Shown one piece after another: positions 55,818 to 64,000 of a DNA stretch of 64,000 bases. The notes below the pieces were generated by a model, which saw nothing but the letters and a program-made list of their open reading frames with translations, searched no databases and had not been told where the DNA came from. The translations under genes were made by a program, and so were the position numbers. The stretch comes from a virus. Its lineage: Duplodnaviria; Caudoviricetes. The DNA is taken from IMG/VR virus record IMGVR_UViG_3300011008_002712. One strand, 5' to 3'. How positions within the stretch are numbered: the first letter of the stretch is position 1; each line of letters opens with the position of its first letter.

Positions 55818-57248
55818 ATGATTAAGATTGAGTTTGGAAATGTAAATGCTCGCATCAACGGATTGGAAGCATATCCGCAGATTCAGGCTCAGCTTCTCAA
55901 AACCTTATCTTATACGACAGGCGGTTTTGGTGAACCAATTAAAAATCACACTCTTTTTTCAATAAAAAAGAATACCACTTATACTGGATTGATTCCATAT
56001 GTTATTAAGGCATTGAAAAAAGCCAAGATTCAGTATGAAATGATAGACCGCAGAGTGGTTCCTCAATCTGGAGACTACTACGAATTGGCAGAAGGAATCA
56101 AACTTAGAGATTATCAGGCAAAAGCAATCGCAAATGTTAGCAATCGCACTGTTATAGGTGCAGCAACTGGCGCTGGAAAAACAGTTATCATGGCTGGATT
56201 GATAGTACATGCCAATGTTAAGAAAGCAGTTATCGTGAGCCCAGAATTGGCTCTTGCATATCAGACGAGAGACGAAATAGAGAAATTTATTGGAGTTCAC
56301 GTTGGAATTCTTACTGGACAAGATTACGATATTGCAGATGTTATGATTGTAACTCCAGAAGCTGCATTAAAAGAAAAAACAGTGCTTGAAAATGCAGAAG
56401 TTATTCTTTATGATGAATGCCAATTCCTTGGAGCAACGACTATTTTCAATACTGCTAGAATTGCAAAAAAAGCATATTATCGTTATGCACTGTCGGCAAC
56501 GCCGTGGAGAGATGGAAGCGACACAATTAAAATTCATGCAGCTGTAAATGTACCCAATCCAAAAGCTTATATCACTGCCTCTGAACTCATTAAGGCTGGC
56601 AAATTGACTCCTGTTGAATTCTATTTTGTAGAGCAGAAAGATGCATGTGGATGGGCTGGTAGCTATAATAAAACCTATCTTGGTCAGATTGTCAACAATG
56701 AATCTCGCAATGAAAAGATTTTGAAGGCTATTGAAATATCCAATAAGAATAATTGGGGATCAATTTTAATCTTGCTGAGCCGCATTGAACATGGTAATAA
56801 GCTTCTCCAGAAAATCCGCACCAAATTCAATACCAAAACTTTTAAATACGAATATAATGGAGAAATTTTTACTATCAACGAAGCTGAATATGTTCATGGT
56901 GGTGTTGAATTAAATCGCAGAAATGCTATTCTTCAAGCTGCTAGAGAACTAAAAGTAAAATATGTCATTGGGTCAAGTGTGTTTGATGCTGGTATTTCAG
57001 TATCTCCATTGAATGTATTGATTAACGCTGGTTCAGGAAAAAGTTCAACGAGAGCTTTTCAGAGAGTTGGACGAGTTCTAAGATTGTTTGAAGGAAAAGA
57101 AAAAGCTCGAGTGTTCGATTTCGTAGATAAGAATTTCACTTTTTACAAACATTCTCTGACTCGTAAAATGTTGTACTCCACAGAACCAGAATTTAAAAAG
57201 AACATGTATTTGTTGGATGAGAATTTCAATATGATAAAGAAAATGTAA
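55818..57248 (+). CDS. superfamily 2 DNA helicase (UvsW/XPB-like)
   Basis: LRDYQ, ATGAGKT, DECQ, SATP, HG, GIS, QRVGRVLR, FDFVD. Confidence 0.93.
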   Translation: MIKIEFGNVNARINGLEAYPQIQAQLLKTLSYTTGGFGEPIKNHTLFSIKKNTTYTGLIPYVIKALKKAKIQYEMIDRRVVPQSGDYYELAEGIKLRDYQAKAIANVSNRTVIGAATGAGKTVIMAGLIVHANVKKAVIVSPELALAYQTRDEIEKFIGVHVGILTGQDYDIADVMIVTPEAALKEKTVLENAEVILYDECQFLGATTIFNTARIAKKAYYRYALSATPWRDGSDTIKIHAAVNVPNPKAYITASELIKAGKLTPVEFYFVEQKDACGWAGSYNKTYLGQIVNNESRNEKILKAIEISNKNNWGSILILLSRIEHGNKLLQKIRTKFNTKTFKYEYNGEIFTINEAEYVHGGVELNRRNAILQAARELKVKYVIGSSVFDAGISVSPLNVLINAGSGKSSTRAFQRVGRVLRLFEGKEKARVFDFVDKNFTFYKHSLTRKMLYSTEPEFKKNMYLLDENFNMIKKM

Positions 57249-57301
57249 TTGCTAAAGAGAGGATTGAATTCCTCTCTTTTTTATATCATAAAAAAGGAGA
57301 C

Positions 57302-57550
57302 TTAGATGTCTCCATTTTGTATGTTCTTTAAAAATTCTCCCAAATGTGTATTGCTTTCCATTTCAACGAGCTCATTGTGCATTTGTTCGTATAATTCATT
57401 CAAATCTTTCATCGCATCAAATTCATACTTTTCACTATATTTTTTTAATGCTTCTTGCATATCTTTATCGTTAATGATTGTCTTTAAATCATTAACTTCT
57501 TCAGCTTTTCTTCGCCTTGCATTATTTACAATTTTTTCAAAATCTACCAT
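57302..57550 (-). CDS. hypothetical protein
   Basis: start MVDFEK behind aaggag SD. Confidence 0.65.
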   Translation of the reverse strand: MVDFEKIVNNARRRKAEEVNDLKTIINDKDMQEALKKYSEKYEFDAMKDLNELYEQMHNELVEMESNTHLGEFLKNIQNGDI

Positions 57551-57597
57551 CAATTTCACTCCTTTGAAAAAATGCCTCAAAATAATGAGGCTATTTT

Positions 57598-58110
57598 TCA
57601 TACATATTTCTTAAAGAAATTAATGTAAGTAGAGATTTTATCATCAAATTCTTTTAATGAATTAATAAGAGCTTGCGAATCTTCAGAACTACCCGATTTA
57701 AGTTCTTCTCTTAAAACAAAACCGTTAGTTTGCGCATTTTCTAGACTTTGAATAAAATTATTTAATTGTGAGTTACCAGCCATCTTTTTAAGTCGTTTCA
57801 TACTCTTACCCTCTTTGTCTGTTTCTTTATCTAAATTAATATAATCAGACCAGTCTTGTTCAATTTCTCGCATTTTTTCTTTCATCCATCTTTTTGCTTC
57901 TTGAGCTGTTCCGTCAAAAAGAATTTCTCCAGTATTGTAATTTTCAATAGTATAACGATTTTCGTCTCTTTCTTTTTTTAATTTTGCTTGTTCTAAGATA
58001 TGATTAACGTTACATGCACTATAGATCAAGTCGCCAAGTTTATCGAACATATTAAATACTGAATTATTGATTCTATTACTAACATCTTCTGAAGTTTTTG
58101 TCAATCTCAC
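57598..58110 (-). CDS. hypothetical protein with two leader motifs (MRLTKTS; internal MKRLKKMA at 57801)
   Basis: 170-aa ORF; internal in-frame ATG with gagggt SD. Confidence 0.7.
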   Translation of the reverse strand: MRLTKTSEDVSNRINNSVFNMFDKLGDLIYSACNVNHILEQAKLKKERDENRYTIENYNTGEILFDGTAQEAKRWMKEKMREIEQDWSDYINLDKETDKEGKSMKRLKKMAGNSQLNNFIQSLENAQTNGFVLREELKSGSSEDSQALINSLKEFDDKISTYINFFKKYV

Positions 58111-58175
58111 TATTTGAACACCTCTTCATTATTAATTTTGACATATCATCTAAAACAAAAATACTTGTAACGGTT

Positions 58176-59114
58176 TTACTTATCAATTTCCAACTTCCAT
58201 TTTGGAGGATAGAAAAATTCAATTGATTTTGTATTCTGTTTAAATTTATTTTTTATTCTTTTTCCAGACTTAGCTTTTATTTCTGGACAAGCTACTCGCG
58301 CATACTTATCTATTTCGCAAAATAAGTTTTGACAATCTATTAATTGAAGTCTCCTACCAAAAAGATTTTTAAATTCTAATCCTCTTTTTTCGAATTCTTT
58401 TTCTTGATTATTTGCGCAGTATTCTATGATTTCAATTTCTTTTTGTTTTGATACATTACCAAAACATTTTTGAATACCTCTTCTTGCTCCAGGACCAACA
58501 ACTACAAATGACATCTCATCAAAATCAACGATGTCGCTATAATTAATATCTATAGAATATTGGAAAGCAAGAAATGGGCCTAGCGTCGGATAATTGACTA
58601 ATTCTTCATATAATCCACTTAGAGAATTGATTTTTTCTATTTTAATAGGTAAACCTTTCATAATCAATTTAATTAATTCTAAGTGATTCTCGTGCTTTTT
58701 AGAATGGTTGAAATATAAAGCTGATGGCATGATATATGCGGAAGAATATATACTAGTTGTTTTTATTCTTTCATTTAAAATAGTTGCATATTTATTGATA
58801 TCGAATTTTTTATATGAAATTTCCCCAAATTCTTGATTCAAAAATTCCCATGTTTCTATTTTGTTAAAAATTTTAAACAACAAGATCCTAAACAATGTAT
58901 CTTCTACATCAAAATCATCTTTATAAATTACATTTTTAATTAAATACTGACTAACCCTATCAGACGCCCTATAAGCATTTGTGAATTTATAATTCAATAA
59001 TATATTATCATCTGTAAAGGGAGGTTGCTCATGATAAAATCTTTTAAAAAATATATCTTGTCGTTTTTTTGCAAACTCCCAATACAGATCAAAAACTTTG
59101 CTGTAATTATTCAT
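58176..59114 (-). CDS. aGPT-Pplase1 / 5-hmdU-DNA-kinase helical-domain-like DNA base-modification protein
   Basis: YW.FA..RQ.IF..R, TDD.IL..YKFTNAYRASDRVSQYLI, LFKIFNK.ETW, AYIM, LGPFLAFQY..D.NY, GPGA.RG, IDCQNLFCE.DKY.RV. Confidence 0.8.
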   Translation of the reverse strand: MNNYSKVFDLYWEFAKKRQDIFFKRFYHEQPPFTDDNILLNYKFTNAYRASDRVSQYLIKNVIYKDDFDVEDTLFRILLFKIFNKIETWEFLNQEFGEISYKKFDINKYATILNERIKTTSIYSSAYIMPSALYFNHSKKHENHLELIKLIMKGLPIKIEKINSLSGLYEELVNYPTLGPFLAFQYSIDINYSDIVDFDEMSFVVVGPGARRGIQKCFGNVSKQKEIEIIEYCANNQEKEFEKRGLEFKNLFGRRLQLIDCQNLFCEIDKYARVACPEIKAKSGKRIKNKFKQNTKSIEFFYPPKWKLEIDK

Positions 59115-59397
59115 GTTCTTTTAAATTATCATCTATAATTTGCCTATGTTGTATAACAAGTCCTGTATCTTCTTGATATACAAGCTCTTTTTCTTCATTT
59201 GTTACCATTGTAATCAACGGGCCAAACAACGAACAAAAACTTTCCAAAAAGTCTGATGCATCATTTTTTGTTTCTGAAACAATTAATTTTTGAGCAATTT
59301 GTTCGCCATCATTATCTTCAATATCGTCAACTTGTATAGTAAACGATTTATTTAACTGATTTAGAACATTTTTTAATTTATCTTCTAACTCATTCAT
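59107..59397 (-). CDS. hypothetical protein
   Basis: 96-aa ORF, aaggag SD. Confidence 0.7.
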   Translation of the reverse strand: MNELEDKLKNVLNQLNKSFTIQVDDIEDNDGEQIAQKLIVSETKNDASDFLESFCSLFGPLITMVTNEEKELVYQEDTGLVIQHRQIIDDNLKEHE

Positions 59398-59429
59398 ACA
59401 TCTATTCTCCTTTATTGATCAAATAGCTC

Positions 59430-62400
59430 TTATTTGTTTTCATTTATAATCGTGCTATTATCCCAATCATAAACAAGTCTTATATTTGCATCAATTGTTA
59501 TTTTCTTGTCTTTATTATATGTTAATTCATAAACATATTGGTCAATACTGTTAGCATTAGCTAACGAATTTATCGTAATACTCTTTTCTAAAATATTACC
59601 GAAAGAATCTCTTGGAGTAATATCTGAAACAAGATTGTTGATTTTTACATATACAAGCGGATAATTATTTATATCGCCATCAGTCCATACAGAAATATTG
59701 CATTCTTCATCATCAATAGAAAATTCATTAGCTATCCAGTTGTTATCAATATAATTATTGTTTTCTTCGATGTCTGAAATTTTGAATGTTTGTATTAAAA
59801 ATTCACCATTTTCAAAAGATAATACATAAATATTTTCATTGTCATGTATAACATCTACAAAATTATCTATTTCTAATGTCTTATCGCTTAGAAGCATTCT
59901 ATCTGTAAACGTTGATTGAGCTGGACTAAATTTAGAGCTATATAATTTATTATCTTGTTCTATGATTGCAATTAAGCTTTCTCTAGGAACAATTTTAGCA
60001 AATTGGCATCTATTAAATGATACCTGAGAAATTTCGCCATCTTCTATCACAGCATACGTCATAGATCTGCTGTTATTATTATATGAATAATAGCAAAAAT
60101 GAGGTTTGTCTAAATTGTCACTTTCAATGTTAATTTCATTATATGTTCCAATAAAATTATCATGTAACTCAAATTTTTCAACTGTCATTACCTTGTCTTT
60201 GTATGTCGAAGAAGATTTGTCGTTATCATCATTAAAAGTAATTAATTTTAATGTGTTATCATTATCTATTGTTATAACAAAAAATCCATTCATGCCTTTA
60301 TTTTCTGAATGTGAATTTTTTAATGCAATTTTGGGACAAACATTTAAAGTATTATCGTCTACTGCAATTGTCGAATCCGTTATTTTTATCTTATTTTTAT
60401 ATGCACAATATTCTATGCTAGAACGATATCCGAAATTTTCTTCATATACTATTAATGCCTTATTATCATATGTTATTTTTATATCTGGAAACATAATTTC
60501 ATTTGCATAACTATTTTGAAAAATCAATGTTGGTTCTTTTATGTCAGATATAGAATTATCATTTAATACACAATTCGTTGCATAATAAAGTTCTTTGCCA
60601 TAACTAAATACTATATGAAGAGCATTATTTTGATCTATGTCCATACTAGCATAAATATGATTTGCTTTAATTTTATAATCATATACTATCTCTTGAGAAG
60701 ATTCGGTTATTTTATATAATATTCCTTTGTCAAAAACATAAAATGCATCGCCAGCTTTGCAAAAACATCTTTCACCAGGAAGTCTTTGTCCATATAAAGG
60801 TTCAAACATTCCAGCGGATGTTGATGCTTCAATTTTAGAACTTTGCCCGTAATTGTCTCCATAATAACATTTCATGTAAATATGATAATTTGTATTTTGC
60901 ATCAAATTTTCTAATTTGAAAACATTCATTGACGTTACTTGTATAGATGAATAATTGACATCATCATAGCTATAAAAAATTGAGACATACTTTGATATAT
61001 TATTTTCATCTATTCTGTCTAAACTTGGAAAACGTAAAGTAATAGAATGAGCATCTACGTTTTCACATTCTAGATTTTCTATTCCATCGCCTTGTGTTTG
61101 GACATTTACAACATTGGACTCATCCCCACGATCACTGTCAAGTGGCTCAACTGTTATATTATAATAATCACCTTTACGAAGGTTGTAAATTGTAAAATTA
61201 ATTTCATATCCAACAAAAGTATTATTTACTATGATATCATCTTTTGTATGTTCAAGTTCAGAAAGCTTGTATGATATAATATCATCAACAGCATTATATA
61301 AATTAATATTTACGTCACTGTAATCATCATCTGTTGTAAATTTTAAAGATGCTGATGTGTTAGTCTGATCTACTAGTATCAAATCATTTATTGGTTTTTT
61401 ATTTGTTGTTGTTGTTACAACATTTGAATATATTCCAGAATATCTATTTGGGAAATAAATTCTAAATAGATATTCGGTATTATGTTTTAAATTTGGTATA
61501 GATGTTAAATTGTTATTTATTGGATATAAAACATTGTCCCATGTTATTCCATGATCAATAGAATATTGGAAATATTTTCCTTCATCTGAATCAATATCAT
61601 TCCAATTTAAAACAACAGAATTATATGACACATCAACTAGCTTCAAATTATTGACAATGCTAACAACATTTGACGTAACAGTCGTGTTTAATGAATTTCT
61701 ATATATTAATCTATAATGATAGATTACATTATTAAGATTTTCAATGATACATGAATCTGAATTTAATTTAATTACTTCTTTTGTTTTTGCTTTATACCAA
61801 TTAATCCTGTCAATGCTTTCTTGCACTGCTAAAAAATTAATATTATCAAGCGTACTCCAAGTCAATTTAACGCCATCTTCATTAAATAATTCAATATTTA
61901 ATGGTTTTACTGTATTAGAATAGCCCTCTGCTACTCCACCAACAATATTCAATCTATATTGAGTAATATGTTTAGAAAAAGAATATGTTAAAGATTCATC
62001 TGTAGATTTAATATCTAAATCTAAGTTGCTCCATGTTTCTTTTGTATATTGCAATGTTTGTGAAATTATATCATCAATTGCATTCCAAGATACTTTAAAT
62101 TCATCTTCACTAATTGAAAATATTTGCGGCAAATAAACGACATTCTCAACATTATTTGAAGTAACATATTTTATTCTAAATTTATAATTCCCTGGTTCTA
62201 AATTAACAACTTTAGCCCATGTGTCTGTTGCACTAAGTGGTTCTACCAACGTAGCGTCTATATATTTATCATCATCCAGTCTTTGCAAATAAATCTTTTC
62301 TGCATTTCTTGCTTTTGTCCAAGACAACGAAATGCTAGAATTTGTTATATTATCAATTTTTAAATCACTGACTGGAGCAAAAATTTCTGCTATATCAGTA

Positions 62401-63536
62401 TCTATTCTCAAAAAATATAATTCATCATTTTCAATGATCAGTGAATATATATTTTTGTTGCTGCACCATCCACATAAAATGTTCCAGTTATTTTTTGTTA
62501 GATCACTAATTTGATTCCATTCTGAAGAATCATATTTTTTCACCAAATATCTAACATTTAATTCTAAAAAATTGTTTGTTTGAAGTGCTTTTCCTTCATT
62601 TTGATTTGTATAATTATAGAGTATATACAAATTATCGCTTTCATCACACATAATAAACGGATATTTATTGTTTTCTGATATTTGTGAAAGCGTTTGAATA
62701 TCACTAATTACATTATTCTTTATATACGTATATTGGATAGAATTTGTATCATAACTATCATCAGTTGTAAGCCATGTTATATGAATATTTGAACATGAAT
62801 CAACTACCATGCTTGGATGATAATGATTCTTATATTTATCATTTACATCTTTTATAGAGAGATCTGAAACATTATAAAATGCATTACTCAAAGAATCAAA
62901 ACTACAAAATTTAATTTGATTTTTTTTATATACATTCTCCTCTTCCCAACAAATACCAAATGTATTATTGCCAGATTGTATTAATTTTGCATTATGTTGA
63001 TTTCTATTAGGAGAAGAATTAATTGCCGAATTGAATACAATTTGATGAGAAACAGGAGAATATATAGCGTAATATACACCATAAGTTCCGTCCGCTGTTG
63101 CTTTGTCATATGTCAAATGAATATATGATTGAGATGAATCAACAATAACATCTGTAACTCTAGCATGCAATAAATAGTTGGAAAATAAATCATGCCATTC
63201 ATCGTCCCAAGAATATATTTCGTCACTATCTAAATATAATTCGTATTTAATATATCGAATCGTGTCTATTCCATATTGATTAATGCCATGAGCGAAAACA
63301 TATTTGTTTTCTCCAATTGTTACCATTTTTGCATCATAAAGCTTTAAAGTATCTGGTGGGAAATAGCTTTCAACGAACCAAGTTTCTCCATCATCATAAC
63401 TTATATGGATATCTATCCAAACAGAGCCGTTAGCGCTATTGTTTACTAACGCATAAACAGCTTTATCATCCTTGTATAATGATGGATTAGAACCAGTTAC
63501 AGAAATTAAATTTTTATATACAAATTTGTTGCTCAT
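59430..63536 (-). CDS. large probable virion protein: beta-propeller (BNR/Asp-box) regions flanking fibronectin type III repeats
   Basis: SYDDGETW, SIDHGITW Asp-boxes; repeated SISLSW / VKLTW / NLxxxTxYxFRI / SNVV FN3 patterns. Confidence 0.75.
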   Translation of the reverse strand: MSNKFVYKNLISVTGSNPSLYKDDKAVYALVNNSANGSVWIDIHISYDDGETWFVESYFPPDTLKLYDAKMVTIGENKYVFAHGINQYGIDTIRYIKYELYLDSDEIYSWDDEWHDLFSNYLLHARVTDVIVDSSQSYIHLTYDKATADGTYGVYYAIYSPVSHQIVFNSAINSSPNRNQHNAKLIQSGNNTFGICWEEENVYKKNQIKFCSFDSLSNAFYNVSDLSIKDVNDKYKNHYHPSMVVDSCSNIHITWLTTDDSYDTNSIQYTYIKNNVISDIQTLSQISENNKYPFIMCDESDNLYILYNYTNQNEGKALQTNNFLELNVRYLVKKYDSSEWNQISDLTKNNWNILCGWCSNKNIYSLIIENDELYFLRIDTDIAEIFAPVSDLKIDNITNSSISLSWTKARNAEKIYLQRLDDDKYIDATLVEPLSATDTWAKVVNLEPGNYKFRIKYVTSNNVENVVYLPQIFSISEDEFKVSWNAIDDIISQTLQYTKETWSNLDLDIKSTDESLTYSFSKHITQYRLNIVGGVAEGYSNTVKPLNIELFNEDGVKLTWSTLDNINFLAVQESIDRINWYKAKTKEVIKLNSDSCIIENLNNVIYHYRLIYRNSLNTTVTSNVVSIVNNLKLVDVSYNSVVLNWNDIDSDEGKYFQYSIDHGITWDNVLYPINNNLTSIPNLKHNTEYLFRIYFPNRYSGIYSNVVTTTTNKKPINDLILVDQTNTSASLKFTTDDDYSDVNINLYNAVDDIISYKLSELEHTKDDIIVNNTFVGYEINFTIYNLRKGDYYNITVEPLDSDRGDESNVVNVQTQGDGIENLECENVDAHSITLRFPSLDRIDENNISKYVSIFYSYDDVNYSSIQVTSMNVFKLENLMQNTNYHIYMKCYYGDNYGQSSKIEASTSAGMFEPLYGQRLPGERCFCKAGDAFYVFDKGILYKITESSQEIVYDYKIKANHIYASMDIDQNNALHIVFSYGKELYYATNCVLNDNSISDIKEPTLIFQNSYANEIMFPDIKITYDNKALIVYEENFGYRSSIEYCAYKNKIKITDSTIAVDDNTLNVCPKIALKNSHSENKGMNGFFVITIDNDNTLKLITFNDDNDKSSSTYKDKVMTVEKFELHDNFIGTYNEINIESDNLDKPHFCYYSYNNNSRSMTYAVIEDGEISQVSFNRCQFAKIVPRESLIAIIEQDNKLYSSKFSPAQSTFTDRMLLSDKTLEIDNFVDVIHDNENIYVLSFENGEFLIQTFKISDIEENNNYIDNNWIANEFSIDDEECNISVWTDGDINNYPLVYVKINNLVSDITPRDSFGNILEKSITINSLANANSIDQYVYELTYNKDKKITIDANIRLVYDWDNSTIINENK

Positions 63537-64000
63537 TTTTTCACCCGCTTATATACGAGATATTGATATCTTAAGCCATTGTCAATTAGATCAGCTAATA
63601 ATGTTGATTTAAAATTATAATCAATGTCTAGGTTAGGGAAAAATTTATTACCATGTCCATCAGCTTGTATTTTTGTAACATGGATTATATCGCAAAATTT
63701 TAAAAATTGTTTATATATTGCCTCTCCACCAATAATATAAATCTTTTTATCTTTAAAAAATTTTTTCACATCTTTTATATCATTAATAGTTATTACATTA
63801 GGATAAGAAAAATCTTTATTGTTTGTTATAACAACATTAATCCTATTTGGCAATGGTTTTATTGGCAGTGATTCAAATGTTTTTCTTCCCATTACGACTA
63901 TATTTCCGGATGTTAATGTTTTAAACCTTTTTAAATCATCACTAATCTTGAAAAGGAGTTTGTCGTTTTTTCCAATGCTCCAATTTTTATCAACAGCTAC
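63533..64000 (-). CDS. folA: dihydrofolate reductase (5' end beyond window)
   Basis: VAVDKNWSIGKNDKLL...DLKRFK.LT...VVMGRKTFESL..KPLPNR.NVVIT, IIGG..IY, FFP. Confidence 0.96.
   Translation of the reverse strand, partial: VAVDKNWSIGKNDKLLFKISDDLKRFKTLTSGNIVVMGRKTFESLPIKPLPNRINVVITNNKDFSYPNVITINDIKDVKKFFKDKKIYIIGGEAIYKQFLKFCDIIHVTKIQADGHGNKFFPNLDIDYNFKSTLLADLIDNGLRYQYLVYKRVKK

Noticed and set aside
347-62514. Numerous antisense/overlapping ORFs in the track (e.g. 347-646, 2686-3000, 25599-25871, 36153-36437, 53673-54044, 54657-55037, 60106-60510)
   Set aside because: They overlap better-supported genes, lack SD sites and have shadow-like composition.
1-64000. Genome-wide stop-codon reassignment (as in TAG- or TGA-recoded gut phages)
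   Set aside because: Long conserved genes are intact in code 11, and TAA, TAG and TGA all terminate genes at expected ends; only two isolated in-frame TAAs were seen.
1-64000. tRNA or rRNA genes
   Set aside because: No cloverleaf or T-arm GTTCGA context recognised in intergenic spaces by eye; a tRNAscan run would be needed to be certain.

Overview
A 64-kb, very AT-rich, gene-dense segment of a large ('jumbo'-type) dsDNA bacteriophage genome. The host is most likely an anaerobic Firmicute: the promoters are sigma-A-type TTTACA-N17-TATAAT, the Shine-Dalgarno sites are strong, and the class III ribonucleotide reductase is split, as I recall for Negativicutes. The genetic code is standard, and I saw no rRNA, tRNA or CRISPR array. 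Recognisable genes include replication/recombination functions (RecA, Toprim-only primase, SF2 helicase) and nucleotide metabolism (NrdD plus a separate glycyl-radical protein, DHFR, HAD 5'-nucleotidase, NUDIX, P-loop kinase). There are also DNA-modification genes (MT-A70 MTase, aGPT-Pplase1/5hmU-kinase-helical-like), RNA/tRNA repair and ADP-ribose functions (Thg1, KptA/Tpt1, MBL hydrolase, CCA-like, nucleotidyltransferase, PIN-PhoH, PARG-type macrodomain, YspA), three free-standing homing-type endonucleases, host-like regulators (LysR, HPr/Crh-like, LemA-TPM, stand-alone S4 domain) and two probable virion proteins. A ~1.1-kb non-coding repeat region at 22.1-23.2 kb, where G/C strand bias appears to flip, is the likely replication origin. 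The most striking unexplained signal is that 13 otherwise unrelated small proteins, mostly in apparent early operons, end in the same fixed-spacing C-terminal heptapeptide, hydrophobic-[IV]-x-x-x-G-[LMI]-stop, encoded by varied codons. This suggests a shared protein-level C-terminal tag or docking system. A second group of proteins shares a basic N-terminal [KR]-[RY]-L-x-K-x-[AS]-like leader. All functional calls come from motif recognition by eye; no database searches were run.
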